Positions 1-10,032 of a DNA stretch of 64,000 nucleotides are shown one piece after another. The translations under genes and the position numbers were made by a program. The stretch's first letter is position 1. The number at the start of each line of letters is the position of its first letter. Origin of the DNA: an uncultured Chloroflexia bacterium (lineage in GTDB: Bacteria; Chloroflexota; Limnocylindria; Limnocylindrales; CSP1-4); contig CAVPPB010000001.1 in NCBI GenBank assembly GCA_963707215.1, positions 672,001 to 736,000 on the forward strand, in the 5' to 3' direction. Below the pieces are notes generated by a model. The model searched no databases. It worked only from the letters and a program-made list of their open reading frames with translations, and had not been told where the DNA came from.

Positions 1-9
1 GCCGACCCG

Positions 10-579
10 GTGCCCGACGATGCGGTGCCTTCCGCGTCACTCGCGCGCGTCCACGCGAGGATCGAGGAGTCCATCGCCATGGCCACGTCCAGTCCCTCCC
101 CGAACCGCCGCCTCGCGGGCTTCGCGCTCATCGGCGTCAGCGCCGTGGCCGTGGGGGCCCTCGCCGTCGCCGGTCTCACGGGTCTGTTCGCCGGACCCAC
201 CGCCACGCCACCGGTGGCGGGCGGGCCCACGCCAGCCGCATCCGAGGACCCCGCGGCCGGTGGCGGGGGCATGGCGAGCTGCCTCGCCTTCGACCCGGCG
301 ACCCTCGCGGCCCAGGAGTTCGCCTTCGACGGGACGGTGACCGCGATCGACGGCGACCAGGTCACCTTCGAGATCGCCACGCTCTATGCCGGGACCGGCG
401 ACGGGACGATCACGGTGACGGACCAGTCGGCGGGCATCTCGCTCGATGGCGGGCCGGAGTACGCCGTCGGCGGGCGCTACCTCGTCAGCGGCAACGAGGG
501 TCTCGCCTGGGCCTGCGGCTATTCGGTCGAGTGGACGGCGGACGACGCCGCCACCTGGGACGCGGCCTTCGGAGCCTGA
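10..579 (+). CDS. Membrane-anchored hypothetical protein, probably 5'-truncated by the window edge
   Basis: One TM helix (FALIGVSAVAVGALAVAGL), Pro/Ala linker, extracellular domain with two Cys; frame is open to position 1. Confidence 0.7.
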   Translation: MPDDAVPSASLARVHARIEESIAMATSSPSPNRRLAGFALIGVSAVAVGALAVAGLTGLFAGPTATPPVAGGPTPAASEDPAAGGGGMASCLAFDPATLAAQEFAFDGTVTAIDGDQVTFEIATLYAGTGDGTITVTDQSAGISLDGGPEYAVGGRYLVSGNEGLAWACGYSVEWTADDAATWDAAFGA

Positions 580-620
580 TCGGGTCCATGACGCGGGCCT
601 CGGGCGATGCTCGGGGCCCG

Positions 621-1550
621 CTAGGCCGTCTCGAGGCCCTCGAAGCGCCGAGAGACCAGCGTCCCGGCGCTGCCGTCCAGCAGGCCCTGGGCGTCCGGCA
701 ACGCCCCGATCGCGGCCGTCCCGCTGGATGCCCTGGCGAACTCGATGGCCGCCTCGACCTTGGGCCCCATCGAGCCGGCCGCGAAGGAGAGCTCCTCGAT
801 GGCATCGGGATGGGCCCGGGCGATCCGGCGCTCGCCCGGCGTGCCCCAGTCGAGGTAGACCCCGTCGACGTCGGTCAGCATCAGGAATGCATGGGCGTGG
901 AGCGACCGCGCGAGGAGGGACCCGGCCCGGTCCTTGTCGATCACCGCCTCGACCCCCACGAGGCTGCCGTCCTCGAGGAACATCGTCGGGATCCCGCCGC
1001 CCCCGGCGCAGATCACGATGACCCCCTGGCGGACGAGGAGCTCGATGACCCGGATCTCGAAGATCCGCCGCGGCAGGGGCGAGGGAACGACCCGGCGCCA
1101 ATGCTGGTTGTCCGGCGCGATGACCCAGCCCCGCTCCGCGGCCAGCCGCTCCGCCTCCTCCTTCGAGTAGATCGGTCCGATCGGCTTGGTCGGGTGCTGG
1201 AAGGCGGGGTCCCGAGGCGACACCTCGATCTGGGTCAGGATCGTGGCGAAGGGCTGGTCGGGGTGGAGCAGGTTGCCGAGCTCCTGCTCCAGGAGATAGC
1301 CGATCATCCCCTCGGACTCGGCCCCCAGGACGTCGAGGGGATACATCTCGACCTCCGTGTAGGCAGCCGATTGGAGCGCCAGCAGGCCGACCTGCGGCCC
1401 GTTGCCGTGGGTGATGACCAGCTGCTGGGAATCGGCGATCGGCGCCAGGGCCCGGGCCGCGACCCGGACGTTCTCGCGCTGGTTCTCCGCCGTCATGGCC
1501 TGACCCCGCCGAAGCAGGGCATTGCCTCCGAGTGCCGCAACGACTCGCAT
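621..1550 (-). CDS. arcC: Carbamate kinase
   Basis: [40 protein letters not shown] and GSMGPKV motifs. Confidence 0.95.
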   Translation of the reverse strand: MRVVAALGGNALLRRGQAMTAENQRENVRVAARALAPIADSQQLVITHGNGPQVGLLALQSAAYTEVEMYPLDVLGAESEGMIGYLLEQELGNLLHPDQPFATILTQIEVSPRDPAFQHPTKPIGPIYSKEEAERLAAERGWVIAPDNQHWRRVVPSPLPRRIFEIRVIELLVRQGVIVICAGGGGIPTMFLEDGSLVGVEAVIDKDRAGSLLARSLHAHAFLMLTDVDGVYLDWGTPGERRIARAHPDAIEELSFAAGSMGPKVEAAIEFARASSGTAAIGALPDAQGLLDGSAGTLVSRRFEGLETA

Positions 1551-1669
1551 GGAGGGCATCGTGCCGGGATGACGGGGGCGACGCAACGGGCCGGTCGGCC
1601 CGGCCCGACGGCCCGGACGGCCCCGCGGGGCCGGAGCCCGATCCGCCGATCGGCTCGACTGATCGGACG

Positions 1670-2023
1670 CTAGATCCTGACGATCCGGTCGAGATCGACG
1701 ACCAGGACCGTGGCCCCACCGTGGGCCACCGTCTGGGCCTTCCAATCGGCCAGCCGATCCAGGAGCACCAGCGGGACCTCGACCTCGCGAGGGTGGGAGA
1801 CGCTCTCGAGTGTTCTGAGCGCCTGCTCCACCTCGTCGTCGGCCACCGCCATGAGGTACGTCTCGTTGGGCTCGCCGAGGAAGCCGCCGAACGACGGGAT
1901 CCTGGTGAACCGGATCCTGGCATCACGAAGCCCGTCAGCGACGGCCTCGGCGTCGTCGTGATGGACGATGGCCACGAGGAGCTTCTGGGTGGGCGCGCCC
2001 TGGCCGGCGACGTCTTCGCTCAT
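1670..2023 (-). CDS. darA: PII-like cyclic-di-AMP receptor (DarA/PstA, DUF970 family)
   Basis: [22 protein letters not shown] and GGATVLV match the family; TATCCT lies 6 nt upstream of the ATG. Confidence 0.8.
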   Translation of the reverse strand: MSEDVAGQGAPTQKLLVAIVHHDDAEAVADGLRDARIRFTRIPSFGGFLGEPNETYLMAVADDEVEQALRTLESVSHPREVEVPLVLLDRLADWKAQTVAHGGATVLVVDLDRIVRI

Positions 2024-2044
2024 GGCGTCAGGATACCCGCCCGC

Positions 2045-2405
2045 TCGCCGGCCGGCGACCTTGCCGCAGCGCAGCTCGGCCACCGGACGTCGGCCGGGTG
2101 CCGGATGCCCCCCGACGGTCTCGGGCCGGTCCCCGTCACCCGACCCGCTCCCCTCTCCGGGATCCGCCCTGGACAGCCAGCGGGCGGAACGAACCCGACG
2201 CCTCCGCATCCTCCTCGCGAGCCACCAGGAGCCGGTCCTCGCGGAGCCAGCGTTCTCGTTCGAAGTCGAGGAAGACCGGGTGGTGGTAGTCCCGCCCCGG
2301 CAGCAGCGAGGCGCCCCGGAACGGCCGCCGGATGGCTGCCAGCTCCCGGGCCGTCAGCAGCGACACCGCCGGTTCGACGGCGGGCGCGGTTCGGGATCCA
2401 GTCAT
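2045..2405 (-). pseudogene. Decayed N-terminal remnant of a Rieske oxygenase alpha subunit
   Basis: ELAAIRRPFRGASLLPGRDYHHP..FERE..REED parallels the N-terminus of 4252-5571; a further out-of-frame piece (PVAELRCGKV) follows; Rieske C/H ligands are absent. Confidence 0.75.
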
Positions 2406-2528
2406 GGGACGCGTGACTCCCTGGGATGTCTGAGCCGACGATGATGGGCTCTGCCGCCGGTCGCGCCGATCCGTCGATGCGCGCTGCAGGTCAACGGCCG
2501 GCAGCCCGGGCTGGCAGACTACGCGCCG

Positions 2529-4217
2529 ATGGACGCCCTGCGAGGCCGCCTTCGAACGACCTGGCGGGTGATCGCCGAGGTCCTCGCGAACCCACGCCTC
2601 CGCCGCCTCCTGCTGGCGTTTCTGGCGTTCAACGCCGTCGAGTACGGGGCCTGGGTCGGGATCCTCCTGTACGCCTACGAAGCGACCGGCCCGACCTCGG
2701 TCGGCATCGTCGCCCTCGCCCAGCTCCTGCCGGCGGCGCTCGTCGCCCCCATCGCCGGGACCCTCGGGGACCGCTACCCGAGACTCCGGGTGCTCGCCCT
2801 CGGCTACCTGGCCCTCGGGTTCCTGCTCCTGCTGACCGCCGGCGGGATGCTGGCGGGCTGGGAACCGCTCGTCGTCTATGCCCTGGCGATCGCCGCCGGG
2901 ATGTCGCTCACGGTCGCCCGGCCGACGCACAACGCGCTCCTGCCGGCCCTGGCGCGGACGACTGAGGAGCTGACGGCCGCGAACGCCGCCACGACCATCG
3001 CCGAGGCGGGGGGGATCCTGGGCGGACCGCTGCTGGCAGCGCTGATCCTGGCCGTCGCCGGGCCGGGCGAGGTGCTCCTGGTGCTGGCGGCCACGATGCT
3101 GGCGGGGGCGCTCCTCGTCCTGACCCTGCGCACCGTCGGGCCCGTCGCCGACGCGGCGCCGGCCGTCACGCTCGGGCCGGTCGCCCCGGAGGGCGAGAGC
3201 GTGTTCGCCGGGTTCCGGGTGCTCGCTGCGGACCGCGACGCTCGGTTGATCGTCGGGGTCCTGGCCGCACGGACGTTGATGATCGGGATCACCGACGTCC
3301 TCTTCGTCCTCGTGGCCCTCGAGCTGTTCGAGACCGGCGAATCCGGGGCGGCGATCCTCTCCGCGGCGATGGGAGCCGGCGGGGTGGTCGGGGGTGCGAT
3401 GGCCTTCCTGCTCGTCGGGCAGCCGCGCATCGCTCCGATCATCGGTCTCTGCGCTGTCGTCTGGGGTGGGGCGTTCGCGATCATGGGCCTGGCCGGCTCG
3501 GGCGGGCTCGCGCCGCTCCTGCTGGTCGTGGGCGGGACGGGCCTGGCCATCCTCGACGTCGCCGGCCGGACCATCCTCCAGCGCGCCGTCCGCGACGAGG
3601 TCCTGGCCCGGGTCTTCGGCGTCCTCGAGGGGCTCAACATGGCCGCCCTTGCCCTCGGCTCCGTCCTCGTCTCGCTCGTCACGGGGCTCATCGACCTGCG
3701 CGCGGCCGTCATCGTGTTCGCCGCCTTCCTGCCCCTCGCCATCGGCCTGGCCTTCCCGTGGCTCCGGGCCGTGGACCGACGGGCCATCGTGCCGAGCCGG
3801 GCGCTCGCCCTGCTGCGAGGCCTGCAGCTCTTCGAGGCCCTCGATCCCCCGGTCCTGGAAGGCCTGGCCCGCTCGGCGACCTGGCTGTCACCCCCGGCGG
3901 GCGACGTCGTCATCCGCGAGGGCGATCACGGCGACCGCTACTACGTCCTCGAGACCGGCACTGTCCGGATCACCCGCGAGGGGCGGTACGTCAACGATCT
4001 CGATACGCCCGGCGAGGGCTTCGGCGAGATCGCCCTCCTCCGCGACGTCCCGCGGACGGCGACGGTCACCACCCTCCGCGATTCGACGCTCCTGGCGCTC
4101 GGACGGGAGACGTTCCTGAACGCCGTCTGCCACCCGGCGGCCCACGCGGAGGCCCACCGGATCGCCGACTCGCGCATGGCCGACCCGGCCGCGGATCCGA
4201 CCGGCCCGGAGCACTGA
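2529..4217 (+). CDS. MFS transporter with C-terminal cyclic nucleotide-binding domain
   Basis: About 12 hydrophobic helices, GTLGDRYPR motif A, then VIREGDHGDRYY...GEGFGEIALL..PRTATV. Confidence 0.9.
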   Translation: MDALRGRLRTTWRVIAEVLANPRLRRLLLAFLAFNAVEYGAWVGILLYAYEATGPTSVGIVALAQLLPAALVAPIAGTLGDRYPRLRVLALGYLALGFLLLLTAGGMLAGWEPLVVYALAIAAGMSLTVARPTHNALLPALARTTEELTAANAATTIAEAGGILGGPLLAALILAVAGPGEVLLVLAATMLAGALLVLTLRTVGPVADAAPAVTLGPVAPEGESVFAGFRVLAADRDARLIVGVLAARTLMIGITDVLFVLVALELFETGESGAAILSAAMGAGGVVGGAMAFLLVGQPRIAPIIGLCAVVWGGAFAIMGLAGSGGLAPLLLVVGGTGLAILDVAGRTILQRAVRDEVLARVFGVLEGLNMAALALGSVLVSLVTGLIDLRAAVIVFAAFLPLAIGLAFPWLRAVDRRAIVPSRALALLRGLQLFEALDPPVLEGLARSATWLSPPAGDVVIREGDHGDRYYVLETGTVRITREGRYVNDLDTPGEGFGEIALLRDVPRTATVTTLRDSTLLALGRETFLNAVCHPAAHAEAHRIADSRMADPAADPTGPEH

Positions 4218-4251
4218 GGGACGCCCTCGCCGCCAGGCCCGCCGTGGCGGG

Positions 4252-5571
4252 TCAGGCCGTGCCGGGCTCCCCGTCGCTGTCGGGCGCGACCGGCACCGGG
4301 ACCGATGGCGGAGCGCCGCCGTTGCGGCCGACCGCCCGGGCCTTCAGGCGCCTGGACTCGGCACCCTCGATCTCGGTCCGCCAGCCTCGGCCGGTCCGCC
4401 CCCCGTCGGCCGCGTACCGGTCGATGACCATCAGGTCGAAGGCGTGGACCGACGCCTCCTGGTTGGAGTACCGCCCCGCCGTCCAGCTCCGCGACCGGGT
4501 CCCGGTCTGCTGCATCTCGACGACGTGGTAGTCCTCCTTGTTGGTGATGTCCCAGAACTCGACGGCTCCCGACACGTCGACCCGACCGACGTCGTCGGCG
4601 TCGACGTAGAGGTCGCAGTGGACGATGGAGCGGTTCGGCCCGGCCGGCATGGCGTGGTGGGTGAGGACGTAGTCGGGGTGGACCGAGACGATGAGGTTCG
4701 GCCACAGGATGTAGTAGAAGATCCGCCGGCTCTCGACCTCGTCGCGGGCGTAGAGCAGCGGTCGTCCGTTGCGCTGCCCGTCGATCGACATCGTCTCGCA
4801 GCCGTCCGCGAAGACCATCCAGCCGCCCTTCCAGGGGCCCTCGGCCACGAAGTCCTCACCCAGGTCGTACGGCGTCAGCTTGTTGAGCAGCGGGTGGACC
4901 GGCGGGCAGTGGTAGCACTCCGAGTAGTTCTCGGCCACGATCTTCCAGTTGGCGGCCACCTCGTACTCGAGGCGGGCGGCCCGGCGGAGTCGCGACATGT
5001 CCCGGCCGAAGTCGTCGTGGTGATCGAACCAGTCCCCCATGAAGTCCCGGAGCGGCGGGGTCGTGGCCTCGTCGGCGAAGCAGAGGAAGACGAAGCCGCC
5101 CCAGGTCTCGCAGCGGATGGGGTTCAGGCCGTAGGTCTCGAGGCTGAAGTCCTCCAGGTCCTCGGTGTGCTTGGCCCGGATGAGCCGCCCGTCGAGGTCG
5201 TAGATCCAGGCGTGGTAGGGGCACTGGAAGCGGACCGCAGTGCCGCACTCGCGCTCCTCCACCGCGGTGCCCCGGTGGCGGCAGACGTTGTAGAAGGCCC
5301 GCAGGACCCCGTCGCGGCCGCGGACGAGGATGACCGACTCCCCGAGATGATCGCGCAGCACGAAGGCTCCCGGTTCGGCGACCTCCTCCTCGCGCCCCAC
5401 GACGACCCAGTCCCGGAAGAAGATGTGCTCCACCTCCCAGGCGTAGACCTCAGGGTCGTGGTACGCGCGGGCCGGCAGGAGCGTGGCCCCCCGGAACGGG
5501 CGACGGATCGCCTCGATCTCGGCGGCCGAGAACGGCGCCGGTGGGTGGAGGTGGCGGGACGCGACGGTCAT
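4252..5571 (-). CDS. Rieske non-heme iron oxygenase alpha subunit (GbcA/choline monooxygenase-like)
   Basis: CRHRG..CPYHAW Rieske motif; ANWK..ENYSECYHCPPVHP iron site; TAGACT upstream. Confidence 0.9.
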   Translation of the reverse strand: MTVASRHLHPPAPFSAAEIEAIRRPFRGATLLPARAYHDPEVYAWEVEHIFFRDWVVVGREEEVAEPGAFVLRDHLGESVILVRGRDGVLRAFYNVCRHRGTAVEERECGTAVRFQCPYHAWIYDLDGRLIRAKHTEDLEDFSLETYGLNPIRCETWGGFVFLCFADEATTPPLRDFMGDWFDHHDDFGRDMSRLRRAARLEYEVAANWKIVAENYSECYHCPPVHPLLNKLTPYDLGEDFVAEGPWKGGWMVFADGCETMSIDGQRNGRPLLYARDEVESRRIFYYILWPNLIVSVHPDYVLTHHAMPAGPNRSIVHCDLYVDADDVGRVDVSGAVEFWDITNKEDYHVVEMQQTGTRSRSWTAGRYSNQEASVHAFDLMVIDRYAADGGRTGRGWRTEIEGAESRRLKARAVGRNGGAPPSVPVPVAPDSDGEPGTA

Positions 5572-5701
5572 CGGCCGGGAGTCTAGCGCGCGGGCGGGGC
5601 GGGCGCGGATGGACGGGAACCGACGTCCCGTCTGATGCGCCGCGGTTGCGCCATCCGGACCGTAGCCTGGGGCGGGCCGGAGATGATGCTCGATCCGTGG
5701 C

Positions 5702-7297
5702 TCAGTCGAGGACCACCCGTTGGCGCCATCGTGGGACGAGCGTCTCGTAGCCCAGCGCCCGAACCTTCGGCTCGACCGCGACCTGGGCCTCCGGATCGCC
5801 GTGGACCAGGAAGACGCGGCGCGGCACGCCCGGATCGCCTGGTCGTCGGCCATGGATGAAGCCCTCGAGCCAGTCCAGGAGCTCCGATTCGTCGGCATGG
5901 GCCGAGAAGCCGCTGATCGTCCGGATCGCACAGCGGACGGTCCGCTCCCGGCCGTCGAGGCGGATCGTCCCGGCTCCGGCCTGGAGATGTGCCCCCAGCG
6001 TCCCCTCCCCCTGGTAGCCGACGAACAGCAGCACGGCGTCCGGGTCGTCGATCAGGTCGCGGAGATGGGCCAGCACCCGCCCACCGGTGAGCATGCCGCT
6101 GGAGGCCACGATCATGTACGGCCGGCGGGCCCGGGCGATGGCCTTCGACTGGGCGGCTCGGTTGGTGACCTGCTGGCGCGGGTAGTCGAGCGGCGACGAG
6201 CCCGTCTCGAGGAGCCGCCGGGTGGTCTCGTCGAAGTAGCCGGCGTGGCGCCGGTAGATGGAGGTCGCCTCGGAGGCCATCGGTGAATCCAGGAAGAGGG
6301 GCAGGAGCGGGATCTCGCCGGCCTCGATGAGCCGGTCGAGGGTCCAGACGAGCTCCTGGGTCCGGCCGATCGCGAAGGCGGGCACCAGGAGGACCCCGTC
6401 CTGCTCGGCGACCAGGCGGACCGTCTCGGCCAGGACGCGGATCGCGTCGCGCTGGGGCCCGTGCTCCCGGCCGCCGTACGTCGACTCACAGACGACGTAG
6501 TCGGCGTGGCTGACGGCGGTCGGGTCCCGGATGATCGGCGTGTTCGGTCGGCCCAGGTCGCCCGAGAAGACGATCGTCCGCTCCGGCCGATCGCCCTCGG
6601 CCTCGAGGCGGAGGCGGACGATGGCCGAGCCCAGGATGTGCCCGGCATCGAGGAGCGTGGCGTGGGCGCCCGGGGCCACCTCGCGCTCGTTCTCGTACGG
6701 GAGGCCCCGGAAGCGGGCGACCGCCCGGCGAGCGTCGGCCTCGGTGTAGAGCGGTGCGTCGAGGTCGACCTCGGCCTCGGGGCCGCCGGCCCGCAGCTCG
6801 GCCTCGAGGTCGCGGCCGTCCGTGGCGGCGCCGGCCCGGTCGTCGTTCGGGGCGGTCCCGTCGACCGCCCCACCGGCCTCGGCGAGCTCGACGGCGTCCT
6901 CGAACGCCTCGAGGTCGCGTCGCTCGCGCTCGGCAGCCTGCTCGGGATCGCGTCGCTCGCGACGCTCCGCGCGGTCGGCGAACTCCTCCTGGAGGCGACC
7001 CGAGTCCCGCAGCACGAGCTCGGCCAGCTCCACCGTCCCGTCGGTCGCATGGATGGATCCACGGAAGCCCTCGCGGACCAGGACCGGGACGAGGCCGCAG
7101 TGGTCGAGATGGGCGTGGGTCAGGACGACCGCGTCGATCGTGGCCGGGTCGTAGGCGAAGGGGACCCGGTTGCGGATCGCCTCGTGAGGGCCGCCCTGGA
7201 ACATCCCGCAATCGACGAGGACCCGTGCCCGCTCCGTCTCGAGGAGGAACTGCGAGCCGGTGACCGTCGTCGCCCCGCCCAGGAAGTGGAGGTCCAT
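5702..7297 (-). CDS. MBL-fold beta-CASP nuclease
   Basis: THAHLDH, AGHILGS, FSGDLG, CESTYG, GRTQE, SSGMLTGGR, FSAHAD and VHGD motifs. Confidence 0.9.
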   Translation of the reverse strand: MDLHFLGGATTVTGSQFLLETERARVLVDCGMFQGGPHEAIRNRVPFAYDPATIDAVVLTHAHLDHCGLVPVLVREGFRGSIHATDGTVELAELVLRDSGRLQEEFADRAERRERRDPEQAAERERRDLEAFEDAVELAEAGGAVDGTAPNDDRAGAATDGRDLEAELRAGGPEAEVDLDAPLYTEADARRAVARFRGLPYENEREVAPGAHATLLDAGHILGSAIVRLRLEAEGDRPERTIVFSGDLGRPNTPIIRDPTAVSHADYVVCESTYGGREHGPQRDAIRVLAETVRLVAEQDGVLLVPAFAIGRTQELVWTLDRLIEAGEIPLLPLFLDSPMASEATSIYRRHAGYFDETTRRLLETGSSPLDYPRQQVTNRAAQSKAIARARRPYMIVASSGMLTGGRVLAHLRDLIDDPDAVLLFVGYQGEGTLGAHLQAGAGTIRLDGRERTVRCAIRTISGFSAHADESELLDWLEGFIHGRRPGDPGVPRRVFLVHGDPEAQVAVEPKVRALGYETLVPRWRQRVVLD

Positions 7298-7373
7298 CGG
7301 GACGATGGTGGCAGAACCGGGCCCGGCCTGCGCCAGCCGGCCGGAAGAGCACGGCTGCGCTATCGTCGGGGCC

Positions 7374-8073
7374 ATGATCCCGCCCAGGGCCCTGCTGGTC
7401 GACGCCGGCGGAACGCTCGTCCTGCCCGATCACGCCACGGTCCTCGAGGTCCTCCGGACCATCGGTATCACCGTCGAACCCGCGCGCCTCGATGACGCCC
7501 ACTACGCCGGGATGGCCGCCTTCGATCGGCTCCCGACCAACGACGATGGCGCCGCACTCGTGTACCGCCGTGCCTACGCGGAAGCGGCCGGGGTGTCGGC
7601 CGACCGGGTCGACGATGCGGTGACCGCGTTCAGCCGGTTGTCGGCGACCCGCGGCCACTGGGTCCGGCCGATCCCGGGTGCCCGGGATGCCCTGGAAGCC
7701 GCCAGGCGGGCCGGCTTGCCCATCGCCATCGTCTCGAACACCGAGCGTGGCGACGCCGCCGAGCAGATCGCCAGGGCCGGCATCTGCCAGGTGGGCCCCG
7801 GGGCAGGCGTGCCGGTCGAGGTGGTCGTCGAATTCGGCGATCCTGGGCCGGGCCAAGCCGGATGCGGCGATGTTCACGACCGCCCTGGCGGCTCTCGGCC
7901 TGCCGGCGGACGCGGCGATCCACGTCGGCGATTCGCTGCTGGCCGACATTCGGGGGGCCGAGCGGGTCGGCGTCGAACCGATCCACATCGATCCGCTGGA
8001 CCGATGCCCGGACCGCACGCACCGGCACATCGCCTCGATCGCCGACCTGCCGGCGATCATCGGTCTCACGTGA
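7374..8073 (+). CDS. HAD-family hydrolase, +1 frameshift near 7830
   Basis: DAGGTL and VSNT in one frame; AKPD and HVGDSLLADI in another; an extra A in GTCGAATTCG breaks VVDSA. Confidence 0.8.
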
Positions 8074-8114
8074 CGACCGGGATCCCGACCGACGCCGTCG
8101 GCTAGGCTGACCCG

Positions 8115-9317
8115 ATGCAGGCATTGATCCTCACCAACGAGTACCCGCCGAACGTCTACGGCGGGGCCGGGGTCCACGTGGAGTACCTCGTCCGCGAGCT
8201 GGCCAGGCTCATCGATGTCGACGTGCGGACCTTCGGCGAGCAGGACCAGCCCGGCCCGCCGCTCCGCGTCCGCGGCTACCCGACCCGCCTGGGGCTCGAG
8301 GCGACGCCGGAACCGCTGCGGCCGCTGCTCCGAGCCCTCGACCGCGACCTCGGCTTCGTGGCCGACCCGATCGCCGCCGACGTGGTCCACTGCCACACCT
8401 GGTACACGCACCTCGGCGGGATCCTGGCCAGGCTGGCCTACGGGATCCCGCTGATCGTCACGACCCATTCACTCGAACCGCTTCGGCCCTGGAAGCGGGA
8501 GCAGCTCGGCGGCGGTTACGACGTCTCGACCTGGGTCGAGCGGACCGCGATCGAGATGGCCGACGCCATCGTCGCGGTCAGTGAGGGGACCCGCCTGGAC
8601 GTCCTCGGCAACTTCGACGTCGACCCGGGACGGGTGCACGTGATCCACAACGGCATCGACACCGCCGAGTACCGGCCGGTGCCGGAGACCGACGCCCTCG
8701 AGCGCTACGGGATCGACCCGGCCGTGCCGTACGTCCTCTTCGTCGGGCGGATCACCCGCCAGAAGGGCATCGTCCACCTCGTCCGGGCGATCCGGCACCT
8801 CGCGCCGGGCTACCAGGTCGTCCTCTGCGCCGGCGCCCCGGACACCAGGGAGATCGCCGCCGAGATGGAAGCCGCCGTCGCCGAGGCCCGGGCCGGGCGC
8901 GAGGGGATCGTCTGGATCGCCGAGATGGTCGACAAGCCGACCGTCCGCCAGCTCTACGGCCACGCCGCGGTCTTCTGCTGTCCCTCGGTCTACGAGCCGT
9001 TCGGGATCATCAATCTCGAGGCGATGGCTTGCGAGACCGCCGTCGTGGCGAGCGCCGTCGGGGGCATCCCCGAGGTGGTCGTGCCGGGCGAGACGGGCTT
9101 GCTCGTGCCGTTCGAGCCGGCCGGCGCGGGCTCGTTCGAGCCGCGCGATCCCGAGCGCTTCGAGCGGGACCTGGCCGTGGCCGTCGACGCGCTCATGGCC
9201 GACCCGGCCCGGCGCGAGGCGATGGGCATCGCCGGTCGGGCCCGGGCCGTCGAGCACTTCAGCTGGGCCGCCATCGCCCGGCAGACCGTCGACCTCTACG
9301 CATCCCTCATCGACTGA
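8115..9317 (+). CDS. glgA: Glycogen synthase / maltose-1-phosphate synthase (GT4, GlgM type)
   Basis: EYPPNVYGGAGVHV, HCHTWY, HSLEPLRPWKREQLGGGY and EPFGIINLEAMA. Confidence 0.9.
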   Translation: MQALILTNEYPPNVYGGAGVHVEYLVRELARLIDVDVRTFGEQDQPGPPLRVRGYPTRLGLEATPEPLRPLLRALDRDLGFVADPIAADVVHCHTWYTHLGGILARLAYGIPLIVTTHSLEPLRPWKREQLGGGYDVSTWVERTAIEMADAIVAVSEGTRLDVLGNFDVDPGRVHVIHNGIDTAEYRPVPETDALERYGIDPAVPYVLFVGRITRQKGIVHLVRAIRHLAPGYQVVLCAGAPDTREIAAEMEAAVAEARAGREGIVWIAEMVDKPTVRQLYGHAAVFCCPSVYEPFGIINLEAMACETAVVASAVGGIPEVVVPGETGLLVPFEPAGAGSFEPRDPERFERDLAVAVDALMADPARREAMGIAGRARAVEHFSWAAIARQTVDLYASLID

Positions 9318-9329
9318 CGGCGCCGGCCG

Positions 9330-10019
9330 GTGCGTGAGCGCTTCGACCCACGCATTGCCCTCCCGCGCCTGCCGGGCCTCGTCCTCGGCCTCGTGCTGTT
9401 CGGATCCGGGATCGCCCTGATGGTCACCTCCGGACTCGGGCTGAGCCCCTGGGAGGTCCTCCACCAGGGCATCGCCGTGCGGACGGGGATCGCCATCGGG
9501 ACGGTCAGCATCGTGGTCGGATCCGTCGTCCTGCTCGCCTGGGTCCCCATCGGCGAGCGCCCCGGCATCGGGACGATCACCAACATCCTGCTCATCGGCA
9601 GCACGACCAACGTCGCCCTCGACCTGCTGCCGGATCTCGGTCCCTTCGCGCTCGAGTCGACGTCGCCCGTGGATCTCGGCGTCCGGGGCGCGCTGCTGGC
9701 CGGCGGGATCCTGCTGATCGGCCTCGGATCCGGGCTGTACCTCGGTGCCGACCTCGGCCCGGGCCCGCGGGATGGTCTCATGACCGGGCTCCACCGCCGC
9801 TTCGGCTGGTCCATCCGCCGGGTCCGGACGGCCCTGGAGATCGCCGTCCTCATCGTCGGGTTCGTGCTTGGCGGGACCGTCGGGCTCGGCACGGTGGTCT
9901 TCGCCCTGGCGATCGGCCCCCTCGTCCAGGCCGCCCTCGACCTGGTCGACCGCGAGGGTCGGCTCAGCCGGCGGCGCCGGGCCGAGATCGTCGCCGAGGG
10001 CGAACTCGTCGGGGAGTGA
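9330..10019 (+). CDS. YczE/YyaS/YitT family membrane protein
   Basis: GLSPWEVLHQG, GIGT, GPGPRDGLMTG and GTVGLGT. Confidence 0.85.
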   Translation: MRERFDPRIALPRLPGLVLGLVLFGSGIALMVTSGLGLSPWEVLHQGIAVRTGIAIGTVSIVVGSVVLLAWVPIGERPGIGTITNILLIGSTTNVALDLLPDLGPFALESTSPVDLGVRGALLAGGILLIGLGSGLYLGADLGPGPRDGLMTGLHRRFGWSIRRVRTALEIAVLIVGFVLGGTVGLGTVVFALAIGPLVQAALDLVDREGRLSRRRRAEIVAEGELVGE

Positions 10020-10032
10020 CCGTCCCCGCGAC

